Positions 7,888 through 16,006 of a DNA stretch of 32,000 nt are shown here, one piece after another. The notes under the pieces are model-generated. The model saw only the letters and a list, made by a program, of their open reading frames with translations. It ran no database searches and had not been told where the DNA came from. Positions within the stretch are counted from its first letter, which is position 1. The number at the start of each line of letters is the position of its first letter. The stretch comes from Candidatus Thorarchaeota archaeon (GTDB lineage: Archaea; Asgardarchaeota; Thorarchaeia; Thorarchaeales; Thorarchaeaceae), in assembly GCA_008080745.1 (NCBI GenBank), contig SHMX01000003.1:510001-542000 (forward strand), read 5' to 3'. The position numbers and the translations under genes are program-made.

Positions 7888-9588
7888 TTAGAAAATCTTG
7901 GGTTCGTCCCATTCTCCAAATACATCTCGCCATACATCCATGATTTCACCAATGGATGCATATGCTCTAACAGCCTTGACGACCCAAGGCATGACGTTTT
8001 CATTGCCTTCAGAAGCCTTTCTAAGACCATCAAGGGCATCCTTAACCTTTGAACTATCACGTTCACTTCGGACTTTTTGAAGTCGTTCTACCTGTTTTCG
8101 TTCAACATCGGGATCAATCTTGAGGACAGGGATACTGATGTCTTCGCCCTCTAGAACATACTCGTTCACACCAACGATAATTCTGCGTTTTTGCTCAATC
8201 TCACGTTGATATCTGTAGGATGCTTCCGCAATCTCTCGTTGGAAGAATCCCTTTTCGATTGCAGGAATAACACCACCAAGTGCTTCCACTTTATCGAAGT
8301 ATTTGTAGGTCTCTTCTTCCATCTGATTTGTAAGGGCTTCAACATAATACGATCCAGCAAGAGGGTCTATGGTATTGGGTACCCCACTCTCATGGGCAAG
8401 TACCTGTTGTGTACGTAATGCTACTCGCACTGCATCTTCGGTTGGCAGACAGAGTGCCTCATCCATACTATTGGTATGTAGGGATTGTGTTCCACCTAAT
8501 ACCGCTGCTAGAGCCTGATATGCAGTCCGAACGACATTTACAGTGGGTTGTTGAGCGGTCAATGAACAACCAGCTGTCTGAGTGTGGAATCGCATCCAAA
8601 GAGAACGATCTTTTTCAGCTCCGAAACGCTCTTTCATCTCCCGAGCCCAGATTCTTCTGGCTGCACGGTATTTAGCCACCTCTTCGAAGATGTCATTATG
8701 TGAATTAAAGAAGAATGATAGACGAGGTGCAAAACTATCAACATCAAGCCCTCTCTCAACACCCCATTTCACATATTCGAGACCGTTCATAAGGGTGAAT
8801 GCAAGCTCTTGAACAGCGGTAGAACCTGCCTCACGGATGTGATACCCCGAGATGGATATTGTATTCCATCGTGGAATGTTATCGGTTGCATACTCGATGA
8901 TATCCGTGATGATTCTAAGAGAGGGTTTTGGAGCTAGAATCCAGGACTTCTGTGCTTGATACTCCTTCAATAGGTCATTCTGAATGGTCCCACCAATCTT
9001 GTCAGCAGGAACCCCCTGTTTCTCAGCCGTCACCATGTACATTGCAAGAAGAATAGAAGCTGGAGCATTGATAGTCATAGATGTGGTTACTTTATCCAAG
9101 GGAATACCGTCAAAGAGAATCTCCATATCCTTCAGAGTATCAATTGCAACTCCGAGTTTTCCTACCTCACCCAATGCATAAGGGTGATCCGAGTCGCGCC
9201 CGAACAGTGTTGGAAGATGAAAAGCAACACTAAGACCAGTCTGTCCATTTGCTAACAAGAACTTGTATCGCTGATTGGACTCCTCTGCAGTGCCCATTCC
9301 AGCAAATTGACGCATGGTCCAGATTCGACCTCGGTACATCGTTGATTGAACACCACGAGTATAGGGGTACTGACTGGGAAACCCGAGATCTCTGAGATAA
9401 TCAAAGTCAGGGATATCATCTGGGGTGTATATCCGTTTTACGGGAACACTAGATGTTGATATGAATTCCTCCTCACGTTCAGGATACTTCTTCACGTGAG
9501 GTTCTAATGTTTCTTCTTCCCATTGTTTCTTGGCTTTGCGAATCTCTTCGAGATCTTCGCAGTTCTTGGATTTCTTCTTATCCGCCAT
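7888..9588 (-). CDS. icmA: Adenosylcobalamin-dependent acyl-CoA mutase large (substrate-binding) subunit, isobutyryl-CoA mutase-like
   Basis: [52 protein letters not shown]. No C-terminal DxHxxG B12-binding domain. Phe (RQF) and Gln (AQK) at the specificity positions. Start probably MADKKK (9588); ORF track starts at 9603. Symbol is tentative. Confidence 0.88.
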   Translation of the reverse strand: MADKKKSKNCEDLEEIRKAKKQWEEETLEPHVKKYPEREEEFISTSSVPVKRIYTPDDIPDFDYLRDLGFPSQYPYTRGVQSTMYRGRIWTMRQFAGMGTAEESNQRYKFLLANGQTGLSVAFHLPTLFGRDSDHPYALGEVGKLGVAIDTLKDMEILFDGIPLDKVTTSMTINAPASILLAMYMVTAEKQGVPADKIGGTIQNDLLKEYQAQKSWILAPKPSLRIITDIIEYATDNIPRWNTISISGYHIREAGSTAVQELAFTLMNGLEYVKWGVERGLDVDSFAPRLSFFFNSHNDIFEEVAKYRAARRIWAREMKERFGAEKDRSLWMRFHTQTAGCSLTAQQPTVNVVRTAYQALAAVLGGTQSLHTNSMDEALCLPTEDAVRVALRTQQVLAHESGVPNTIDPLAGSYYVEALTNQMEEETYKYFDKVEALGGVIPAIEKGFFQREIAEASYRYQREIEQKRRIIVGVNEYVLEGEDISIPVLKIDPDVERKQVERLQKVRSERDSSKVKDALDGLRKASEGNENVMPWVVKAVRAYASIGEIMDVWRDVFGEWDEPKIF

Positions 9589-9743
9589 GTGAACTCGCTC
9601 CACTCGATGACTAGGTAGACGGCTTCAAGCCGATGTTATTAAGCTATCCGATTTGGAGAAGAAATCGTAACAGTAGAACATCGTATTAGTTATTAGGTTG
9701 AACAGTTTTTAGAGAGTATCATCTTATCAAGCGAGGGGAATTC

Positions 9744-10268
9744 ATGAAAAGACTGCAGGTACCGTTCATTGAACAACAACAGAACAATGATTGTGTGATT
9801 GCATGTCTAGAAATGATATTCGAATACTTGGTAAGAAAATATGATGAAATTGCGACATTTACTAGGAAAGAGCTATTGAAAATTATTGACATATCTATTA
9901 TTGGTACGAGAATTTGTGATGTTGAATTACTGAATGAACATAAAAAGCTAGAAAAATATCGTTACCAACCGAGATTTTTCTGCAGTCCTGGATCAATCCA
10001 ACATATATGGGAACAAATAGATAAGGAAAGACCAATAATAGCATATATTATCAAGAAGTTCCTAGGAAATCAAATTAAACATGCTATACTGGTAAACGGG
10101 TATTCTAAGGATAAGACAAAATTATCAATATGTGACCCACTGGAAGAACAACCAACATTGCTATCAACAGGACAATTCCAAGAGAGATGGAAGCTTTTCC
10201 ATAAATACCATGTATACTATGAAGTAGTCGAAGTATTACAACCGAAAATAACCGAGTACATTGAATAG
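9744..10268 (+). CDS. Stand-alone C39-like (papain-fold) cysteine peptidase
   Basis: VPFIEQQQNNDCVIACLEM (Gln...Cys), KHAILVNGY (His), ICDPL (Asp). No signal peptide and no fused ABC domain. AT-rich. Confidence 0.8.
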   Translation: MKRLQVPFIEQQQNNDCVIACLEMIFEYLVRKYDEIATFTRKELLKIIDISIIGTRICDVELLNEHKKLEKYRYQPRFFCSPGSIQHIWEQIDKERPIIAYIIKKFLGNQIKHAILVNGYSKDKTKLSICDPLEEQPTLLSTGQFQERWKLFHKYHVYYEVVEVLQPKITEYIE

Positions 10269-10283
10269 GCGGAGAAATTTGAA

Positions 10284-11228
10284 ATGAAAGCTCGTAAGCA
10301 AATTGAGGAGTATATATTCAAAACATATGGTCATCTAGTACTCCATGATCCTCCAGAATTCGACGAAGAGCTATCGGTCTGGATTACCAAACTTCGTTCT
10401 GATTATCCGATATTAATAAGAGACGACAAAAGAAGAAAAAAAACACTCAGGTTCCTAAAAATTCCCTCATTAGGGCATGTTGTTTTTGATGAGGGATTAC
10501 ACCTGGTAAAAGGCAAAACAACTGAAGAAGAAGTAATTGAAGAACGGGTACGAGAATATTTGAATATGTGGAGAGAATACGCAGAAGATATTGTGGTTAA
10601 AGCTTCAGCAGAAAGAATAGCAAGTTTAGGTGAAGTACGCTTGTCATTGAATCCGATTTTTGAACTAATCAATTTCATCGATATCAATGGCTTCATATCC
10701 AAAGACCAGATATTTGAGAAAATGTCCAAAAGAAGGCACAAAATGAATCAGTATGTATCGCTATTACAAGATTTAGAAATAATTCGACCCTATGAAGACA
10801 AGTTTCAGCCGGGTAACCTTTTCGTTGCATTTAAAGAGAGATTTCAGTCGGATTTTGATAAATTCATCTCAGCAATATTCTCAGAAATTCTAAGAAAACG
10901 ATATTCATACCTACGTGACGTTATTCATACACAAAATCTATCCAAGTTAATTAGTGTCGAGAATGTAATATACTATCCTGAAATTCATACTGAAGAAGCA
11001 ATCCCAAGGGATTACAAAACTCTAGCCAAAGAATATAGAATAGAATACCATTCGTCCATTAGTGAGCCAGCAATTGCCGCATATCTAAGGAAATTAGAGC
11101 AAATTGATTTGGTTAGCGAGGAAAATGGGTTATATCATGGAACTCAGTATATGAGAGAGAGGATATCTGAGATAAGAACACAAATACCCTCACCTGAACA
11201 TGTTTGGTCAGTTCCGAGTATCTATTAG
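10284..11228 (+). CDS. Hypothetical protein with two predicted winged-helix segments, co-transcribed with the C39-like peptidase
   Basis: 15-nt gap with GGAG after the peptidase. wHTH-like segments KDQIFEKM...QYVSLLQDLEIIRPYEDKF and YKTLAKEY...IAAYLRKLEQIDLVSEENGLY. Confidence 0.6.
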   Translation: MKARKQIEEYIFKTYGHLVLHDPPEFDEELSVWITKLRSDYPILIRDDKRRKKTLRFLKIPSLGHVVFDEGLHLVKGKTTEEEVIEERVREYLNMWREYAEDIVVKASAERIASLGEVRLSLNPIFELINFIDINGFISKDQIFEKMSKRRHKMNQYVSLLQDLEIIRPYEDKFQPGNLFVAFKERFQSDFDKFISAIFSEILRKRYSYLRDVIHTQNLSKLISVENVIYYPEIHTEEAIPRDYKTLAKEYRIEYHSSISEPAIAAYLRKLEQIDLVSEENGLYHGTQYMRERISEIRTQIPSPEHVWSVPSIY

Positions 11229-11240
11229 CACATATCCATA

Positions 11241-11804
11241 TCAATACTCAAATCCTTTCCTGGCATCTAATTTCTCTGTAGCAAAATAGTGTTTGACTTC
11301 GCGCATCTCTGTTACAAGGTCAGCTGCTTGGATAACCTCATCACGGGCATATCGTCCGGTCATGATCAGCTCCACATCATCAGGTTTTTCCTTAATCAAA
11401 GCCAGTTGATCTTCAACAGAGATAAGATTCCACTCAACAGCCACATTGATCTCATCAAGAATGAGAACATCGCACTTGTGATCCCGCAGTGCCTTTTGAG
11501 CCATCTTCAGTCCATCCTGAGCCATCCTAATATCGATTGGGTCAGGGTTTTCTTTATCAACCCAAGATTGACGACCCATAGGAACGATGGTATAGTTTGG
11601 AATCTGCTCTATACTCCTGAATTCACCGTAGTTGATATCATCCCCGTCACCACGCCAAGCAACTTTTGCTTTCATGAATGAGATGACCAGTACTTCTAAT
11701 CCATGCCCTGCTGCTCGAAGTCCTGCTCCGAGTGCACAGGTTGTCTTCCCTTTTCCGTTCCCAGTATAAATTTGAACCTTCCCGGGTTTAGCTGGAGATA
11801 CCAT
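11241..11804 (-). CDS. cobO: Cob(I)alamin adenosyltransferase, CobA/CobO/BtuR family
   Basis: QIYTGNGKGKTTCALG, DVLILDEI, ELIMTGR, ADLVTEMREVKH, RKGFEY. Confidence 0.93.
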   Translation of the reverse strand: MVSPAKPGKVQIYTGNGKGKTTCALGAGLRAAGHGLEVLVISFMKAKVAWRGDGDDINYGEFRSIEQIPNYTIVPMGRQSWVDKENPDPIDIRMAQDGLKMAQKALRDHKCDVLILDEINVAVEWNLISVEDQLALIKEKPDDVELIMTGRYARDEVIQAADLVTEMREVKHYFATEKLDARKGFEY

Positions 11805-11814
11805 TATCCCAACC

Positions 11815-12444
11815 TCACTGGTTGAATCTCTTAACTAATTTAGCAATCCGTTTTCCTAGACCCTCACTGGCTGCTATGGCTAACTCGTCCTCTTTTGCAA
11901 TACGCCAACCACCCTCGTCCTTTTGCATGGCTCCAGAACCAAAAGGTCCGTCTTTAACAGGGCTACCTACACCGCCAGCAATAATCATACCATGTGCCAA
12001 GGCAAATCTATGCAAAAGTTCAATGACAGGTTCTTGACCCCCGTAACGGAGTCCCGCATAGGTGATTGCCCCAAAGATCTTATCACGGAGCTCATGATTC
12101 AACATCTTCATGGGTCGAGAACGGTCCATGAAGTCCTTGAGAACACCAGGAACCGATGTGAAATAGGATGGTGCCGCTATAATGATGGCATCAGCCTGTT
12201 TGATCTGCTCTTCGATTTTTGGCATATCATCCTTATCGCTTTCAGGGCAAGGAGTCTTTCTAACACAGGCATCACAACCAGTACACTGTCTAATCTCATA
12301 CTCGCTTATGTCTAGAAGTAGTGTTTCACCCTTTGTCTCACCATCAGATAGTGCCTCTGAGGCTGCTTCTAACGCCTTCTGAAGAAGAAAACGTGTACTA
12401 GAGTTCTTTCGTTTTGGAGAACCGCATATACCTACAATTAACAT
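11815..12444 (-). CDS. Iron-sulfur flavoprotein (Isf-like flavodoxin / NADPH-dependent FMN reductase family)
   Basis: GICGSPKRKNSST, CTGCDACVRKTPC (CX2CX2CX5C), ADAIIIAAPSYF, LKDFMDR. Confidence 0.88.
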   Translation of the reverse strand: MLIVGICGSPKRKNSSTRFLLQKALEAASEALSDGETKGETLLLDISEYEIRQCTGCDACVRKTPCPESDKDDMPKIEEQIKQADAIIIAAPSYFTSVPGVLKDFMDRSRPMKMLNHELRDKIFGAITYAGLRYGGQEPVIELLHRFALAHGMIIAGGVGSPVKDGPFGSGAMQKDEGGWRIAKEDELAIAASEGLGKRIAKLVKRFNQ

Positions 12445-12489
12445 GCTAAATCAATCGTACTAGTTGCATGGGTCATTTAGAATTTTTGA

Positions 12490-13230
12490 TTAGTGGGAAA
12501 GTGCATCGTTCAATGAATGGGCAATCTCACCTATGGCTTTTACAGCATCTAATCGACCCGATTCCTTGTATCCTGATACCGCAATGGTCATAGACCGAAC
12601 CTTGAGTAATTGAACTTGATATCCACGTACTTTGACTACAGTAGGAACGATGTCAGTACTGGGTTTGATAGTACCCTTGACAATCTCTCTTGTTATCTTG
12701 TCCATATGACTCTGGGGAACATTTCCACACACCATCGTACCTTGAGAGTCGAAAACACCCACATATGCAACACGATGGTTCTCAAGAACAGTATCGACCA
12801 ATTCTGAAATCACATCAATAGTGGATGGGTCTGGACCGGTTAAATCGAACCGGAGATATCGCCGTACTAAAACATCGATCTCATCTATCTCGCCAATATC
12901 ACCCGTCCAAACTCTAATGAGCTCCCCAAATCCCTTTGCAATAGCAGAACCGAGTGAAATTGCTTTCTTTCGAGCATTATCCAAATCGTCCTCTTTTTTC
13001 GTAGTTAGAACGACAGAGAATGAATCAAAGAATACAAAAATGTAGACTGTGCCATTCTGTTCTAAGGTATAGGGATGCTCCAAAATCGTACTGGTTCTGG
13101 AACGAAATAGGGTCGAACAGGCATTCACATTACCTGGTACCTTGATATCTTCAACCGGAGCCCCTCCCTCAATTCTTCTAGAGTATATTCGTTCACTTCC
13201 ATCCTTAAGTACATAGATTTCTGATATCAT
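12490..13230 (-). CDS. Predicted longin-like + roadblock/profilin-like two-domain protein
   Basis: N-half MISEIYVLKDGSERIYSRR...F.ELIRVWTGDIGEIDEID (longin-like). C-half ISELVDTVLEN...YVGVFDSQGTMV...AIGEIAHSLNDAL (roadblock-like). Confidence 0.55.
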   Translation of the reverse strand: MISEIYVLKDGSERIYSRRIEGGAPVEDIKVPGNVNACSTLFRSRTSTILEHPYTLEQNGTVYIFVFFDSFSVVLTTKKEDDLDNARKKAISLGSAIAKGFGELIRVWTGDIGEIDEIDVLVRRYLRFDLTGPDPSTIDVISELVDTVLENHRVAYVGVFDSQGTMVCGNVPQSHMDKITREIVKGTIKPSTDIVPTVVKVRGYQVQLLKVRSMTIAVSGYKESGRLDAVKAIGEIAHSLNDALSH

Positions 13231-13375
13231 TTAGGCACACTGACCATATTTTTCTCGTTGATTTCGTTTCATAAGCCTTGTTTGTTGATACACAAGAGAG
13301 ATATTCAAGAAAGAATATACTACGTGTAACAACGCCTTTTTATTATCAGTAAGGCGCGTATGAATAGTGAGGACA

Positions 13376-13690
13376 ATGACAGAGAGAAGGAAGAAGAGGA
13401 AAAAGCGGCTAAAGCGTACACGCTACGATATCTATGCTGAACTCATCAGAGTCATCTATGTCTATGGTTATTGTCCTCTAACTCGAGCCGCGAGATCTAC
13501 CAATATGCCTGTGGATAGGGCAAAGACAACCATTGGTGAACTTCTCGAGAGAGGACTTTTAGAAGAGGAGGACGATGACGGCCAGATTGTTTACAAAGTA
13601 ACAGTTCGGGGTCATCAATATCTAGAACTCTACAAGAGGATGGCTGGACTCGTAGGAATTCCAATACCAGAACCAATCATCGGTATGTGA
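13376..13690 (+). CDS. Archaeal winged-helix transcription regulator (HTH_45/COG3432-like)
   Basis: RTRYDIYAELI...TRAARSTNM...IGELLERGLL...YKVTVRGHQYLE. ATG 13376 follows GAGGA; track start is GTG 13367. Confidence 0.8.
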   Translation: MTERRKKRKKRLKRTRYDIYAELIRVIYVYGYCPLTRAARSTNMPVDRAKTTIGELLERGLLEEEDDDGQIVYKVTVRGHQYLELYKRMAGLVGIPIPEPIIGM

Positions 13691-13717
13691 TTTGAGATAC
13701 TAACCGGGTATGTCGCG

Positions 13718-13760
13718 AGGTCACAATTTGTGACCTTATTTTGTGTGTCCGCTTTATATA
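13718..13760 (+). promoter_or_regulatory. 19-bp palindromic operator candidate plus TATA box upstream of the bactofilin-like gene
   Basis: AGGTCACAA-T-TTGTGACCT (13718-13736, perfect 9-bp arms) and TTTATATA at 13753-13760. Confidence 0.55.
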
Positions 13761-13808
13761 CCCAATTTCATCAGATAATAGTGAATCATATGTTCAAAGG
13801 TGAACAAA

Positions 13809-15044
13809 ATGGCGGAAAAATACAAGAACGAATCAAGACTCGAACTCGGCCCCGTAGAGGGCGATCTAGAGTTGGACAGGGTTGACAGAATCTATCCCAA
13901 AGAGGGAGAAGAGATTGTTGTCAACGGAAAAATCACGATAAAAGGTGAAACCGAAATAGAAGGAACGCTAAGGGCTCATAGTATTGAGCTCAAGAGCAGA
14001 GACCGACTCACGATTAATGGAGATCTGATTCTACAGGGTGATGCATCGGCAAAAAGGGGTAGCCTAATAGTTGAAGGTTCTGCAACAGGACGTCATTTCG
14101 AAGTTGGCGGAAGTTTCAGTGTAGGAGAAGACCTGCAATGTGAAGCAGCCCGCGGCGGAGGATCGGTCAAAGTTGTAGGTAATGCGACTGCTCAGAGAAT
14201 CATGGGTGGTGGCTCTGTAAAAATCGAAGGAGATGCCAAAGTTGCTCGACTTCAAGGTGGCGGCTCAGTAAAAGTAGGCCGACTCATAACTTCTGATGAA
14301 CTCAGTGCAGGAGGTTCTGGAAAGGTCAACCAAGGTAAGATTGGGAAAGTTGAGGTCGGAGGCAGTTTCAAATCAGTTGGGCCAGTAGAGGTCGAAGATA
14401 TTGATGTTGGCGGCTCCGTTAAGCTAGCAGGCGGTTCCAAAGTAGAGATGATAGATGTTGGAGGCGCATTGAAAACTGACGGCGATTTGGAGTTCGGAGA
14501 GATCGATGTAGGTGGAGCTGTTAAAATTTCTGGGAACGCAAGAGGCAAGACGATAGACGTTGGAGGTACTGTTGTGATTGGCGGAACTCTCCATATTGGT
14601 AATATCGATGTCGGCGGAAAGGTAGAAGTTGATGAAGATCTCCACTGTGAACGAAAGATCAAAGTCGGTGGAACTGTCAGTGTTGGTGGAAGAATCCACA
14701 CGTATCGAATAGTTGTTGGTGGAAGAATCGATGCAGAATACATCAAGGCCACTGACGGATTCCGTGTAGGTAAGAGAGCAGAAGTCACTGGTAATGTCGA
14801 ATCGGGTGAGATTCTTATCCGAGAACGTGCTCGCACAAAATCTCTCTATGGTGAGGAAATCAGAATCGAAGAGCGCTCTCGAGTAGGAGCAGTATACGGA
14901 CGCACTATCTATATTGAACGCGACGCAATTGTCGAGGGTGAAGTCCTGTATACCGAAGCCCTTGATTCAGAAGATGGTGTCAAGTTCAGAGTGGAGCCAA
15001 AGAAGGTAGACCAACTTCCTCCACCAGAACAAGTCTTAGAGTAG
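13809..15044 (+). CDS. Long bactofilin-like (polymer-forming, YhbE/YhbF-like) beta-helix protein
   Basis: 13 consecutive ~17-aa units (I/L)xVGGxVxIxG; C-terminal YGEEIRIEE...YGRTIYIERDAIVEGEVLY. ATG 13809 follows GGTGA. Confidence 0.75.
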   Translation: MAEKYKNESRLELGPVEGDLELDRVDRIYPKEGEEIVVNGKITIKGETEIEGTLRAHSIELKSRDRLTINGDLILQGDASAKRGSLIVEGSATGRHFEVGGSFSVGEDLQCEAARGGGSVKVVGNATAQRIMGGGSVKIEGDAKVARLQGGGSVKVGRLITSDELSAGGSGKVNQGKIGKVEVGGSFKSVGPVEVEDIDVGGSVKLAGGSKVEMIDVGGALKTDGDLEFGEIDVGGAVKISGNARGKTIDVGGTVVIGGTLHIGNIDVGGKVEVDEDLHCERKIKVGGTVSVGGRIHTYRIVVGGRIDAEYIKATDGFRVGKRAEVTGNVESGEILIRERARTKSLYGEEIRIEERSRVGAVYGRTIYIERDAIVEGEVLYTEALDSEDGVKFRVEPKKVDQLPPPEQVLE

Positions 15045-15121
15045 ATCGTGCAACACAGAAGATGGCCTCACTCTGGGAGTTCACCGCCATCTCTTTGTTC
15101 ACAACGTGAGGCCTGAATCTT

Positions 15122-15140
15122 AAGGGGGCTCTGCCCCCTT
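15122..15140. terminator. GC-rich hairpin between convergent genes
   Basis: AAGGGGGC-TCT-GCCCCCTT, perfect 8-bp stem. Confidence 0.5.
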
Positions 15141-15152
15141 CTCACATCAGTC

Positions 15153-15944
15153 TTAAGTGCTCCTTTTTCTCAATATTAAAATTCTCCTTCCACTTTCAGT
15201 GGTATAAGGTTCCATATCAAAACCACCAAGTTCTTGCACTACTTCAAAACCAGTAAAGTAAACTAGGAGATCTGCCTCTCGATTGAAGATGACCGATGCT
15301 CCTGATGTGACCTCAATAAGTTCCTCCCTCTCACCTTTTGGGTCAGATACGATATATCGTAAATCAAGTCTAAGAATCTGTTTTACAAAATCAACGTGAA
15401 ACTCTCCTTCTCGTATCACACTTCTACCGTCTTCCAATTGAACAGGATTATCTTGGAACTTTGCATGCTCATTCATGGTAGCTCCAGCAAACAAGTCAAG
15501 AATAAACAGACCATCATCTGACAGATGAGCATGTATGGAAGACAAGGTGGAAAGCTGTTCTTCCGTTGTCATAGCATGTCCGAAGGAATTTGGAATTATA
15601 ATCAGGGCAAATTTCTTGTCTAATGAGAAGTTTAGCATGCTTCCTGAAACGTATTCTATACGACTTCGAACATCTTCAGGGAGTTTGTTTAGCAGGTTTT
15701 CAGCATGGATTAACATTGAGGGAGATGATTCCAAAGCGGTCACATGAAATCCGTGTTTAGCTAGATAGCGAGCGACTCGGCCAGTTCCAGCTGCTATATC
15801 AAGAATGGGAGAACCACACCTCTTTGCATATTCTAGATAGAATGGTAGGTCGCTATTGTCAGAAAACAACTCGTAAAATTCTGCAACCCCCTCATAACCC
15901 GGACCAATATTCTCGAAAAAACTCTCCTCTTTCATATGCCTCAT
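15153..15944 (-). CDS. Class I SAM-dependent methyltransferase
   Basis: Motif I ILDIAAGTGRVA, VTALESSPSML, YVSGSM...KFALIIIPNSF, LSDDGLFILD. Confidence 0.9.
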   Translation of the reverse strand: MRHMKEESFFENIGPGYEGVAEFYELFSDNSDLPFYLEYAKRCGSPILDIAAGTGRVARYLAKHGFHVTALESSPSMLIHAENLLNKLPEDVRSRIEYVSGSMLNFSLDKKFALIIIPNSFGHAMTTEEQLSTLSSIHAHLSDDGLFILDLFAGATMNEHAKFQDNPVQLEDGRSVIREGEFHVDFVKQILRLDLRYIVSDPKGEREELIEVTSGASVIFNREADLLVYFTGFEVVQELGGFDMEPYTTESGRRILILRKRST

Positions 15945-16006
15945 CTCTGGTGCTATTCAAAGCAGTATATCAATAATTACTCAATGCAATATCTGTTTCT
16001 TTTCGC

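Noticed and set aside
14252-14836. 194-aa Pro/Ser/Thr-rich antisense ORF
   Set aside because: Shadow of the Gly-rich bactofilin-like repeats (GG codons read as PP). The other short antisense or overlapping ORFs in the track were dismissed likewise.
13809-15044. Beta-helix protein as a stand-in for the missing FwdC
   Set aside because: FwdC has about 19-aa G..M.GG.I.V.G.AG repeats. This protein has a 17-aa period and a YhbE-like C-terminus, and lies on the opposite strand with its own promoter.
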